64,000 nucleotides of DNA from Hydrolagus colliei (GCA_035084275.1 CM068745.1:52948001-53012000), one strand, 5' to 3'. Counted from the stretch's first letter, positions 11,835 through 24,124 are shown. Numbers and translations are program-made. Notes: a model not told the origin generated them from the sequence alone.

Positions 11835-12655
11835 CAACTACAACAAATTACATTTGTGCAGTGTCTTTCATGACAGGAGGACGTCCCAAGGAGCAACACA
11901 GTGCAGGTCACTAGCATCACACCCAGACCTTTCTTTAGTTGATTGCTGCAGTAACAGACTTCAAAACATCGACTTGAACTTACATAGTGGCCGCCGCACA
12001 GGCTAGTGCCTCAGGGCGATTATCAGTGCCGGAGCCTGACTCCAAATGTTGGGGTGGGGGGAGGGGGGAGGTGACAATATAGACGCTCAAAAACTATAGT
12101 TTGCAGGTGGGTGGGACTTTAAAAAGGGGCAAGAGGCTGCAATGCAGAGGGATTGAGGGAGAGCATCCCATGGTTTGGGAGCATAGTAGCTGAAAGCACG
12201 ACCTGCAGTGGTTGAGAGGAGGATGTGGGGGAACTAGTGGAGGCTTTGGTGAATTGGAGAGTGAGAAGATGGGAGATGTAGGGAGGTCCCAGAGAGTGAA
12301 GGGGTTTAAAAACGAGTATGAGGATGTCGATCTGTTTGGTGATGGGAAGCTAGTGGAGCCTGGCCAGAACTGGTGAGATGTGGGTACTGTGTTTAGTCCG
12401 GGTTAGTTTACGGGCAGCAGAGTTCTAAATGAGCTGGAATTTTTAAATATTGGTGCTGGGGAGACCGTCGAGGGGTACGTTGGAGTAATCAAGGCGGTAG
12501 GTGACAAATGTATGCACCAGGGTTTCGGTTGCATTTGGGATAAGGTATGATTTGAAGTAGAGGAAGGCGGTTCTGGTCAAGGACTAGATATGGGGGAGGA
12601 AGGACAGCTGGGGGTCGAATCGGATGACTATATTGCACACTAGTTCGGTGTGTAA
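11835..12655 (-). mobile_element. Degraded L2 LINE fragment
   Basis: 3' tail at 11835-11900. 12400-12650 is homologous to 13870-14110 (gcagagtt..., ttggagtaatcaagg..., gggggaggaagga). Confidence 0.75.
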
Positions 12656-13259
12656 TTCCACAAATCACAACTCAGGCAATGGAGGAGAGGACTTTTGCCT
12701 CCATCACCACTGGAAATATTCAGTGGAATCTGACAAAACTGGAGGCAAAAGATGGCCAAACAAAATTGGGTTCGGAAGTGGTTAATTTATTTCTCCACTT
12801 TTATTGTGTTTAGATTTACTGCATAAAACTTTGTTAATCAGATGCAGCTTATTACAAGGTGGTCACATTGGAACACTCCTTGATTGCCTTAGATCAGGAC
12901 ACCAACATTGCTTAGATCGGGAGTGTTCTATATTGCTCAATGCGTGGGTCTACTACATCTTAAGATTGGTATTTCTGACTTCCGACACTAAGACAGGTCA
13001 CCATTGACACCACTTCCTGCATCCGTATTATTTGCAGAAAGCGTTGCCGATGTTCAGTGCACTGGTTCTCGACCTTTTGGTCTAAGGACCCATTTGTAAA
13101 GCTTGATGGCCTGTCACGACCAAGTGAACAGCTGTAGTGCAAAACACTTCTGACTAAATAAATATTTCTTAACCTTGATAAATAATGAAATGAAAACCCT
13201 ACAATTTACGTAAACATGGCTCAACCTACCATTAAAAATAATTAATCCCCAAACCCCCC

Positions 13260-14170
13260 AAATAATAAAATTGGTCATTCCAATCCACGAATGTTTGGGG
13301 GAAACTGCTGTGTGCAATTGGCTGCCGTGTTTCGCCCACAAATTATACAGTCAACAACAACAACAACAACAAATTACACTTATAAAGCGCCTTTCACGTC
13401 GGGAGGACGTCCCAAGGCGCTGCACAGGAGGCGTGTGACCCGAGCTGGGAGGGGAGTGTACGGGAAGGGGTGAAACACGTAGGGGAGGTCGAAAAATTCT
13501 GGGTGGAACAAAAGGCACGGTCGAAGAGGAAAGTCTTCAAACCGGCCTTGAAAGAGGAAAGGGAAGAAACGAGATGGAGGGATTGGGGGATGGAATTCCA
13601 TAGGGTCGGAGCAGAAAAACTGAAGGCCCGGCCTCCGATGGTGGGGCGGTTCGGGCGGGGGGCTTGGAGCAGGCCAGGGCCTGCTGAACGGAGGGTCTGG
13701 GTGGGCTTGTAGGGGGAGAGTAAATTGGTTAAATAGGGCGGGGCAAGGCCATGTAAGGCCTTGAAGGTGAGGACGAGGATCTTGAACTCGATCCGCTGGA
13801 GGATGGGGAGCCAGTGGAGACGGGCGAGGGTGGGGGTTATATGGTCACGGAGGCTGGTGCGGGATAATACATGGGCTGCAGAGTTTTGGATGACCTGCAG
13901 CCTGTGAATGGAGGAACTGGGGAGGCCGACGAGGAGAGAGTTTCCGTAGTCCAGCCTTGAGGTGATGTACGCATGCACGAGTGTTTCGGCAGCGTAGGGG
14001 GTAAGATAATTGCGGAGCCTGGCAATGTTGCGCAGGTGGAAGTAAGCGGTGCCGGTCAAGGCACGGATGTGGGGGAGGAAGGAGAGTTTTTGGTCGAACG
14101 TGATGCCGAGGTTCCTGACTGGCTTTGCGAGTCAATTCACTTTACAGTATATTCTGTGAAGCGCTTTGAC
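13260..14170 (+). mobile_element. tRNA-Deu-L2 SINE 3' half split by the L2 insertion (pieces 13260-13354 and 14130-14170)
   Basis: '...cgcccacaaattatacAGTCAA' resumes as 'AGTCAAttcactttacagtatattctgtgaagcgctttga'. Confidence 0.9.
13355..14129 (-). mobile_element. Young 5'-truncated L2 LINE; open ORF2 C-terminus (RT thumb and C-terminal domain)
   Basis: Uninterrupted frame AKPVRNLGITFDQKLSFLPHI...YFHLRNIARLR...SRLDYGNSLL...HITPTLARLHWLP...LWNSIP...LKTFLF; CpG-rich; (TTG)n tail; 6-bp TSD AGTCAA. Confidence 0.95.
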
Positions 14171-14329
14171 ATGGGAGAAATAAAAGACTGATCGTTTTAG
14201 ACATTGTGATTTTACATTGTTAGGAACATTTTATACTGGATGTCTGAAGCACCTTATGTTTCCCTGGATGTGGGCTTCACATAAAAACCCGAGTGTTTGG
14301 ACAAGCCAGTTTTAAGTGTCCCGTATTCA

Positions 14330-14960
14330 ATTGTTAATTCCTCCGCCTTTGGTTGGAGTTTTTCCCATTGTTGTTTCAGTTTAAATTCTGAAAAACAAGC
14401 TGTTTTGAAGATGTTTTGTGGCTTCAGCGATATTTCCCCACAAACCCGCTGTGCAATTCAGCTCTTGCCCTTCTAAATAGGAGCTGTGGCCTATTCTGTT
14501 TAATTCACACACATCGTAAAGATAAGTAAAGATAAAATCATAAAGGAAACAGCCTAAATGGATCCTCTCACACCACAAACACAACTGAGGACTGCTAAGA
14601 TGATGGAATTGGGTAAAACAGTTGAAAAAAGGGTGGATTTGCTGTTGTCCAAAAGTTACAGCATGCTGATTAATGTGTGAGATAATGGACTTGGGAAATG
14701 AGTAAACACCCATGTGCTCCCTGCTTTGTGCTTGAATGACTTGATGGCAAGGGCAGAGCAAGGTGAGAATTTAACAGGACTGTGGAAAGCGGAATGGAAT
14801 GAAGCATGACTGAGTCTGGCAACAACATTATCCGAGTGGGAGTCTTTAACTTAATAAAAGAAAAAGTGGAAGTTTTTAGAACATGTATAATTAAAATAGC
14901 TCAGGGGAATGCAGTGTAATTTCTCTTGTAAGTCTATGCAGATTTAATTTACAGCTTTAA
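14330..14960. promoter_or_regulatory. Candidate conserved non-coding element
   Basis: Repeat-free; TGATTAAT at 14667-14674, FOX-like GTAAACA, TCATAAA; located in DACH1 intron 1. Confidence 0.4.
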
Positions 14961-15559
14961 AGGATCTTTCAGACTACCAGGAAAGACACCGGCTTAAAAG
15001 ACTGTAGGGAACAATCTTAAGTTTCAATTACTATAAAGTGTTTCAGTATCTCAAATATTTTTTCGGTATTTAATAGATAGAAGCTTTTGACATTCTTTGA
15101 ATGTTTTCATTTAAAACAATTTTTTTGGCAGTTTGATATATTTAATCTATTGAATGGGAAGTTGGATTTCACCTGCACTGTTAAGAGCTCGATCAGGAGG
15201 TCAGATCCGTAATGTTTCGATGTCAGGAAGGAAAATAGGGTAAAAGTTGAAACATGAGGAATGTTGATAGCATTCTTAAATAATGGTGAAAAAACATACC
15301 ATTTGCTTTTCATCCAGGGCAAAACACCAGCAGTCTTCCCAAGGCTGATTGCACACAACAGAAATGCTTTCATTATTTTTGGTATTAACACAACTAGACA
15401 TTTTAAGTTTAGTTTTTAATTAAATCTAAACATTATTAAGCCCCCGTCTGTGTGAATTTTGGTGATTGTTTTACATCAGTAGCTCTGGTGGTAAAGAGCT
15501 GCAGGCATACCATACCGTACGTTAACTAAGACCCTGGAAAAACTCAATGCATTCACCCT

Positions 15560-16950
15560 CCTTCCCCAGGTATGTAGCAAGTCAACAACCCCTAAATTCA
15601 TTTTCTTCTAGGCAGAAAACTGCAAGGCTTGTGCAGTGGCGGTCAGTGTTGCAGTAATTAGACATGCCAGTGTGGACTACCCACGTACAGTGTCACATAT
15701 AGAGTACAGCTCAAAATTAATTAAATTGTTGATGACAGTAAAAATAACGTGCAAAAAAGCAAATGAATCTTCAAATGGCTGACAGTAGGCTGATTACTGC
15801 ACACAGTTACCCCTTATAACATTTAAGCTGTGGTTAGTAAATGCAATGGGTGAATGCAAAGCAATTTGTCATTAAAAAAATTGTCTAATTTTTGGAATTA
15901 AGAAATTAAGGAATTGTACAAACCGAACTCCTTCTGGTTGCCTGATTTATGCCATGCCAATCAGTGGGAGCTCAGCACCCAAACTTCCCGAGTTTGAATG
16001 GGAATTTTAACAGGAATCCTTTTACAAAATACCACACATTAGACCACAGTGTGATGTCACTTACACTTGACGTGTGGCATATCATTTTCCAAAATTGAAG
16101 TTTTTTTTCCCCTTTATGACTAAAAGAAGTAGCATATTAGCATACTTTTGCTTCCAATTTGTTCTACACAGCTTACTGGAAACGTAATTTATACATTTTA
16201 GAATACTATATAAGCTTCTCCATCATTTTGCTATTGATTCTGTGTTAAATTGATCTTCCCATTTCTTTTGGGAAGGGGCGGAGAGTTCCAGCGTAAACAA
16301 GAGAAGAGAAATCTTCTGGGAGTTTATTTCACTGCTTTCCTCCCTTGGGATTTTGTTTTCCAATTGTGTGGACGTCACGGTTTCAGATCCAGCAAGCTTG
16401 TAAAGACAACGATTATAATAGGTCTTTGGAAACGGAAGTTTTGTGTGTGTGTGTGTTTTATTTTTATTGCATTATTTCCATAATTAACAAAAATGTTGGC
16501 AATGATTTCCCCAGCACAAGCATTATCTGAAACCCTCCAGTTTCCTCATAGGTGCATTTTTGATTGTCTGCAAATTACATTTCTTTCGTCTCACGCATGG
16601 GAATATTTGCCAAGAAACTTTTCCAGACAACTATGCAAATTAATGCACTTTATCTGACATTCGAGTATTTTGTGCTCATCAGTCTCTAATCAAAACACTG
16701 GCAAGTTTGTCACAGAAGGAAAAAGCAATTTTTTTAATAGCATTAAACGAACCATGAGGATTCACCACTTAATGGTTTCTTTACCAGTCACAGCTGTGTC
16801 TGTAAGTGGTGTTGTACTGCATCACAAATCCATTTCTATGTAAGAGCAGGCAGATGAAATGTCTAACATCCATTGCCTGTTTACATGTCCTTTATCAGTC
16901 ATGAAATGAAATTAGTTATGTCATTCATTTTGAGCTTTCTAATCCTTAAA
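15560..16950. promoter_or_regulatory. Candidate conserved non-coding elements (about 15560-16100 and 16480-16950)
   Basis: TGACAG at 15733 and 15780, TGATTTAT at 15943, ATGCAAAT at 16633-16640 followed by TAAT; no repeats recognised. Confidence 0.45.
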
Positions 16951-16991
16951 AGTATACAACACGCATATAGGATGTAATAGGTTTGATATTT

Positions 16992-17378
16992 AATAATGAA
17001 AATAATCCTTGCATTTGATATAGCACTTTTTCAAAATGCTTCACAGGATGTAATGTAAAGTATGGTGCCTGTGTTTGTGCAGGCGAACATGGCAACCATT
17101 TTGTGCGCAGCAAAGTCCCGCAAATAACCGTGAAAGTGAATGACTAATTTTATCTGGGGAATCGTTGATGAGGGCACCAAGAGAAACCTCTTCTCTTTTC
17201 AAATTGGTCATAGGATCTTTAACATCTGAACAGGCATATGAGGCTGAGGTTTAATGCAATGCTCTCCTGCATTACATTGAAGTGTCAGACTACACTCTTG
17301 AGATCAAAATCAGGAACATGGGGTTTGGACCACATCCTTTTGACGCATAGGTGAGCATGCTATCTCCTGAGCCAAGCA
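16992..17378 (-). mobile_element. Near full-length old SacSINE1-like SINE
   Basis: Tail at 16992-17045, Deu core 'ggcaaccattttgtgcgcagcaaagtccc', body 'ataggatctttaacatc', head ending 'gctatctcctgagcca'. Confidence 0.7.
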
Positions 17379-17426
17379 CATTTACTTATTTAAATGTTTT
17401 CACCTTAAAGGACTATCAACCATACA

Positions 17427-17700
17427 ATAATAATAATATTGATAATCCATGTACTTGATATAGCATTTTATCATGCCTTCAGGATGTCTCAAGCGCTTCA
17501 CAAATGTACTGTGAAGTGAGTCAACTGTATGTTTTGTGTGCGAAAGGCGGCAGCCAATTGCACACAGCAGTGTCGCACAGTCGTGCATTGGGTGACCAAT
17601 GAAATTAATTTTTTTAAGGAATTACTGTATTACTCCAGAAAAATGATCCGCCACATCAACTAACGACTGGGTTCCTACTTATTGCTAGTTAAATGGAGGT
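17427..17700 (-). mobile_element. tRNA-Deu-L2 SINE
   Basis: (TAA)n tail, 'aagcgcttcaca', 'ggcggcagccaattgcacacagcagtgtc'; the 17640-17710 section resembles 44050-44110. Confidence 0.8.
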
Positions 17701-18119
17701 GTGTGGCGTAAGGAATCTTGAGCTACTCATTGGAAGAAATTCTAAAAAAAATTAAAAAATGAGGACGCAGTACCTGAATCCAACTAACTAATAAGAATAC
17801 ATCTTGCATTTGGCATAGCGCCTTTCATATCAGGAGGACATCTCAAATTGACTATATAGTGTACTGATTGTGTGCTTCACACAAATTTACTCTTGTATCT
17901 CCAAACACGATCACATCTTGCTGGCTCTGCAGGTCTGTTTTATAGCTGGCTTGTGAGGCATCTGAGAGAAGAATCAGGGTCAGAGATCCACAATTTTTTC
18001 CCCTCTGATCCTTTACTGTGCTTTTCCCTTTGTTGGTCTGGTTGAAATTAAGAATTGAATGGGTGGGGTAATCGTGAGCAAAATACATTGATCTTTGCAC
18101 CTCATTGTCCTTATGAACA

Positions 18120-18270
18120 CACATCAAATAGCCACGTTGATGCTCACTGCCTGGGCTGATCTATAAAAATTGGGTATTGGACGAGTGCCAGGACATATTC
18201 CCATGAACATCAAACATGAACATCACCACTCCATTCAGTAGAGGGCAGAGAAAATCGGAGGAGAAAATAC
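18120..18270 (+). mobile_element. AmnSINE2-like 3' fragment
   Basis: 'caaatagccacgttgatgctcactgcctgggct...ggaggagaaaa' parallels 31520-31650. Confidence 0.35.
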
Positions 18271-19339
18271 CTAGAAATCGTATTCATGAACTTTTCCCCA
18301 AATTGTTCACCAGCTCCCCAAACCCCCTTCCAACCGCCCCCCCACTTCTACACTCTCCCCCACCCCCCCACCATCATTCAATGGCAGTTCTACTGAAGAT
18401 CTCATCAGTCATATGCCATCATGTGACATTATCTAGTGGAATATTGTAGTTTGTTTGACATTTGAGAGCAAAACAATTCTGTCAACAATGTTTAACATGT
18501 ACATTACATTCAATGTACAGATGTCCATTGTGAGCCACACAAGTGCTGGTTTTAACAAGGGCATACCTTTGGACTAATTTGAAAAGAATGCTGTTAGCTT
18601 GTGTTAAATAGGCACATCAAACATAAAACCTACCGCTCATTTTCTACTTTCCGTTAGCTGAATAAAAAACAAGTACAATTATATCCATGTTTATTTTTGA
18701 ATATCAGGTTTAAAAAAAGGCAGATTTCGCAAATATTTTCATCTGAACTTAAACATAATGAAAAAGGAATTGTGTCAACTGACTTCCAACTTGACTAAAT
18801 GATTTTGTATTGCTACCGTCTTGTCATGTGTGCCTACTTAACTGGAAACTACATTGCAATGGGGATAGATCTCTAGCTTGATTGTATCCACCAACATTAC
18901 GCCTGAACTGAAATAGATCCCGCTGAAGAAAAAAAACTGACTCTTTCTGGTGAGCAATGTATGACTGTTACTCTAACGTCAGTGAAAGCTTGGTAGTCCC
19001 CTCACCTGTGTCTAATACTCTTCGGAATTAGGTAATCAGGGTGTGTCCCTCTGGGGAAAGAGTGTGCGTTCCATTCTGTTCTGCAGAGAAATACCCATAT
19101 GGAGGTGGCATACATGTGTGAACTCTGCTTGGCTTAGATACTCTTAAGCTTGGTAATGCTGTCACACATGTGTTAGACATCTGGCAGGCTAAACTCACTG
19201 TATTTACAGTTCAGCTCTTTTACTTTTCTATGTTTGAATCATTTCTTTGAAATACATTAATACTGCATTGGTCACAACAAATATACAAATACATAGATGA
19301 GGAAACATTAGGTAGACATGAAAACACTTTTTTAAAAAA

Positions 19340-19400
19340 AGGTAACAAAAAGCCTTTTTTGTTACCTATAGCTTCATATTAAGCTATAGCTTAATATGAA
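19340..19400. repeat. Back-to-back inverted repeats: 12-bp-stem hairpin and perfect 28-bp palindrome
   Basis: AGGTAACAAAAA-gcct-TTTTTGTTACCT (19340-19367); TTCATATTAAGCTATAGCTTAATATGAA (19373-19400) equals its own reverse complement. Confidence 0.92.
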
Positions 19401-20769
19401 TTTCCAGAATATTTTAATATTTTTAAAATCAGTATTCAGGTTAAATTTGATAATTGTCTTTATTTTTTTTAAAAAGTGTTGTCTATTCCAGCGGTTACCT
19501 AAAGTGGAGATACAGTACATCCCAATGACTTTGTGAATGCCTCACTGGCACAATTTGTTTTTGGAATGGAGTTTTACAGCATGCTTCTTGTTACCACAAG
19601 GAGTTTCCCACCTAAATTCCTTCGTAAGGAATCTATTTTCAAATTGCTGGATACTAAATCCGACCTGGAAGAATGACTATCAGTTAACAAATAATAATAA
19701 TCCTTGCATTTGATATAGCGCTTACGTGAAAAGATGGAAATTTCTTGGGGAATGAGCCAGCTTGGGTGGATGCCACTTAAGAAAAAGTCCTTTGTTAAGA
19801 CAGTATGACAAAAAGCACATCAGCACTAATACACGATGAGCGACTGGATTGTTGGAATGACACTGTGCGTATAAACATAGAGCTTTCCTCAATCTTTGGT
19901 TCTGAAAGCTCATCCTTGAATTTCAGATGACCACATGGTGATTTTTCTGTATTTGTATATTGAGTACAATTGTCACATTGGGATTGTTGCCCAATGAAGA
20001 CACAGTAAATGTTATTCTTAGGTACCTTGAAAATTGCGTATGAACACGTCAGTAAATTGCCTGAATGACATGGTAAAAAACATAGTGGGTAAAAGATATC
20101 AATGCATTGAATAATTAAATAGAGAGTGAGAGCACATCTGAATTATCGCTTCAGTTCAGAAACAAGAAATGTGTCTCGTCTTCATTGAAGTCTGTGGACA
20201 AACCAGTGGCTCTTCTTCCTTTTCTCTATTGCAGGAAGATATTAATCAAGTAAAATGGCCTACATTGGGATTTTGATTTGTAGAATCCATCATACTGCTA
20301 CTTTCTCTGATGCTTCATTCACATTTGCTGAAATATGGTGCAAAGTAGTGCATTATCTCTGAATGATGTATGTTGATGTATATATTAGATTTTATTTCAA
20401 GAAAACAGTATTTATATCAAGGTACAAAGCTTCAACATTTCTTGTAAAAATACCATCTTCAAATAATGTACGTCTTGAGAAGTGGAAAGAAGCAGAGATA
20501 ATTTTCATAATTTACAAGATACGTATTGTTTATTATTTATTCTGAAATATTTAGTCAAAATAAGTAAATTGAAGTAGAGTCTCTTACAAAGCAGACATGG
20601 TTTCTCCACATGTTTATTTTTAAGGGTTTGATCTCTCTTGGTTACTCTGCAGATATATACAAGCAACATTTTAATAGTAATGATGACATTCCTTGTACAG
20701 TATTTGATATAGTACCTTAAAATGTCCAAATGCTTCAATTACCCCAGGCTTTTGCCATACTATGTGACA

Positions 20770-20990
20770 ATCTGGCTCAGTTGTTAGTATGTGAGGACTT
20801 AAACTCACACAGTCTAAGCTGACACTCCAATGAAGTGCTAGGTGTGTGTGTTGCATTGTCAGAGGTACAGTTATTTGGATGAGATGTTAAAATCGAGCTG
20901 CCACCTGTCTGTTAAGGTAGATGTAAAAGAACCCATAGCACTGCTTAAAAAGAAAAGGGTGTTTCTCCTAGTGTCCTTGCCAATAGTATC
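20770..20990 (+). mobile_element. Old SacSINE1-like SINE 5' half
   Basis: 'tggctcagttg...gtctaagctgacactccaatg...ggatgagatgttaaa...gatgtaaaagaacccatagcact'. Confidence 0.7.
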
Positions 20991-21139
20991 AGACTATTTT
21001 ATATTGCTAATGTATATTTTTTGTAATGTCATATTTTGGAGGGGTTTGTGTGCGTATACTGTATATTCTCTACCACATTCAATTATTGAAAGCCATTGTC
21101 AGCCTCCATATGTTTTCATCAATAATCTATCCAAAAAAA

Positions 21140-21485
21140 CACACAATCATTTCAATCCACGACTGTTTATGGGACACTACTGTGCACAATTGACTGCTGC
21201 ATTTCGCCCACAAATATACAGTCAATTCACTTTACAGTATATTCTGTGAAGCGCTTTGAGACGTCGATAAGATGTGAAAAGTGCTATATCAACTGCAAGG
21301 AATATTATTATTATTAATAATAACTCCCCAAATAAAATTGGTCATTAATTGCTTGGCTGTGACCAATTAGGCTGCCACATTCACCTACAAGCACACAGTC
21401 GTACCACTTCACATTAAATGCTGTGAAACACTTTGAAACGTCCTCCTGACATGAAAGGTGCTATAACAAATGCAGGGATTATGAT
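21140..21485 (+). mobile_element. Two tandem Deu-SINE 3' halves (younger 21140-21322; older 21330-21485)
   Basis: Each has a Deu core followed by the 'gctttgagacgtc...gtgaaaagtgctata...tgcaagga' tail. Confidence 0.85.
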
Positions 21486-22189
21486 CAACAAGGTGGTGTA
21501 GGTCGATTTACCATCTGATTTATGTATGTGTATCTTCACTGAAAACCTACACATGGTACCTTCCATCATTCCCATTTTACTCAGACACTATTAGATTTGG
21601 AGTGTGTGGAGTGGGATCATATTGTGATTGCGAATAGTGGAGGTGTCGTTAAATGAACTTGTAGCATATTCTTAGCACAATTGTGTGCTTCGGTCAGGCA
21701 CAATCCTGTATATATAATGTAAAAATGATGTTAGCTGCAATACTAAAAGTTTTGATTGTTTACCCTCGGCTCAGAGTACAAACTAATATATCTTAATAAA
21801 GTCATGGTTTATTCCAACTCTCATTTGAAACACAGACACAAAAGTAAACATGCAGTAAAAGCAGATAATGTGGCTGCTTTACCTGATGGTACAATTAAAA
21901 AAAACAGTCTGCACCTCCTGAACAGTAATCCAAACTACATTCATGGGCACCAGTGCAACATAAATTCAGTAACTTAACCTCATCATGGCAATAAAGAGAA
22001 AGGTACAATAATAGAACTCAACCGAGCACTCAGGAATGATTCATAAGGTTCTTTGCTGCCACATAAGTTCCGTCTATTCATCTCTTATGGATGACCTGAA
22101 AGTTTTCCAATGAATTTTATGGAACAGCTTTGATGTGTCTTTCCCTTTTTAAAATAGCATGTTTAAAATTAATAATGTTCCTTCCTTTT

Positions 22190-22800
22190 CATATTTAAAA
22201 AAAAACCTTGACTGCTGCAAGCAATGTATTCTGACTAATTTTATCCCTTGAATGGATTTAGGCGCTGTCAAGCAGTTGGTTTGTGAGTGAAAATGCAGCG
22301 TGATGGTATTATAGTAAACAGCACTTAAGCACAGCTGGCAGAATTGATCAGGGCCACATTAGAGCAAATTTCAGCAGATGACTAGAGCAGCAGAAACAAT
22401 AACTGAATATGCAAACAGTTTCTAGCAGCAAATGCTCAGGGGATCCGGCACCATTATTTCCGACTTTGAAGAGGGAAAACAGTGCAGATTTGTAACCTCC
22501 TTCTATACAAAAAGGTTCTGGGTATTGTGTAGGCATCTGCCTGTGATTATACTGTCATAGTTAGCAATTTCGAACTGTTAACTCCATTGACTTTATTTAC
22601 ATTTCATTAATTATTAAAAAGGAAAGAACATAAACATTAGATCAGTTTTGTTTATAAGGACAAGTCTCTCAGAGTCGCAAGGCCTCGAACCAATCAATAA
22701 TAATCAGAAAGGTTTTCCTGTTGAATTTCTCTGTAAAAGCACATTAATGGTCTTTTTTTCTCAGATAAATTCCTGTTTCTATTGAGAGAAATTTAGTTAG
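22190..22800. promoter_or_regulatory. Candidate conserved non-coding element
   Basis: Repeat-free; CTGTCA at 22265-22270, GTAAACA at 22314-22320, second CTGTCA near 22552, several TAAT cores. Confidence 0.4.
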
Positions 22801-22869
22801 TTGCTCTTGGGCTTAAACCAAAAGGGAAAGTTTATTAAGATTTTTGTTTAAAATCATTGTTCCTCAGAT

Positions 22870-22975
22870 AAGAACCATAAAATTTTATAACAAAGCAGAA
22901 GACCATTTGGCCCAACTGGGACCGTTTGTGAAAGACCTATCCATTCAGTTCCATTTACCTATCTTTTGCACATGC
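22870..22975 (-). mobile_element. CR1-type LINE 3' tail
   Basis: 'cataaaattttataacaaagcagaagaccatttggccca' is the reverse complement of the tail type at 35460-35510 and 45250-45320. Confidence 0.55.
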
Positions 22976-24124
22976 CCCATTTTATCTCTGGTATCATCCT
23001 AGTAAATTTCCTCTGATCTTCTCTATGGTCCTGACATAGGCACTGGAACGTCCCAAGACATCCGCAATACCGTAACTGCAATCTATCTACAGTTACTAGA
23101 TCATTCTAGCAATTGTGAAAATTAATTATTTGAGTTTCCTATAAATCAGTGTGAAATACTGTCATGAATATATTTGTACGCTGAGTAATCTTATCTCTTG
23201 AATTATAACTAAAAACATATTTTACCTTGTTATGCTTTTGAGTGTTGTACTTACTGTTATGAACTCCAATTCTTCTAATGCTGAAATAATGTCGATTTAA
23301 AATAATATACACGTATATATGATTTCAGGTGTTCCTATCTGTCTGAAGATTGATTTCTTCAGGCAGTGATTTACTGTAACAAGCTTTACCAATCAAAAAG
23401 TCCATGGATAACACAAACTGTTCCAATGTCCCAGATTTAGAACCGTACGTCATCTGTTTCCTTTCTTGTAAATACAATAGTAAAATGGAGAACAGCAAAC
23501 TATCTGACATGATTTCCACAGTCTGAATGCACGTTACCAGGCTGTATAGCTTAAATGCAAAATAATAGGTTCTGGGTGCAGGTGATGTGAATCTCAGCAC
23601 TGCCTTGGCTGATCCAACAGCTTGAAAAATGCCACAGATCCTTCAAATGCATCCCTGCCCTGTTTAATCTCTGTCTGAATTCTTGGATTTAATTTTCTGC
23701 TTAGCAGTCATGTCAGGTCTGAATTGTTAGAGTTAATAAACTGAGATGCTACCCCAAGTGATGGGTGCTATATAAATGCAAGTTGTTGTTATAAAAAGCT
23801 CCTGAAGAATCATGCACCCGACTCCATATGCTTTCCAAAGTCCATCTTCTTGGTATCATCACATATTCACAGTCTCCAGATGGTGCTCTGAAAATAACCC
23901 AGTTATGTTAGATTTACAGGACTTCAAAATGGAACATCTTGGAATCCACTGGATAGAAATCAGGAAATAGTAATCATTCAAAAACCCTATGATTTATTTT
24001 TCTCATCTAATGAGACAAGTTTTTATTTTTAAATTTTTTATTAATATGCCATTTTATTATCTTATCCAGTTCCGCCCGTTTTGCTTAACTAACCTCAGGG
24101 CAGATTCTCTGTTATCTGGAAACG

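Noticed and set aside
13060-13120. hAT/Charlie-like terminus 'cactggttctcgaccttttgg'
   Set aside because: No partner TIR or 8-bp TSD found; too short to support.
13394-14059. 221-aa ORF as a host gene
   Set aside because: It is the C-terminus of L2 ORF2 in a 5'-truncated insertion with a TSD; the listed start is a TTG within a longer open frame.
20842-21249. Recurring short ORFs with similar peptides (for example CGTLLCAIGC, YSQFTLQYIL; also 31086, 41043, 57835, 62718)
   Set aside because: The similarity comes from translating copies of the same SINE, not from a gene family.
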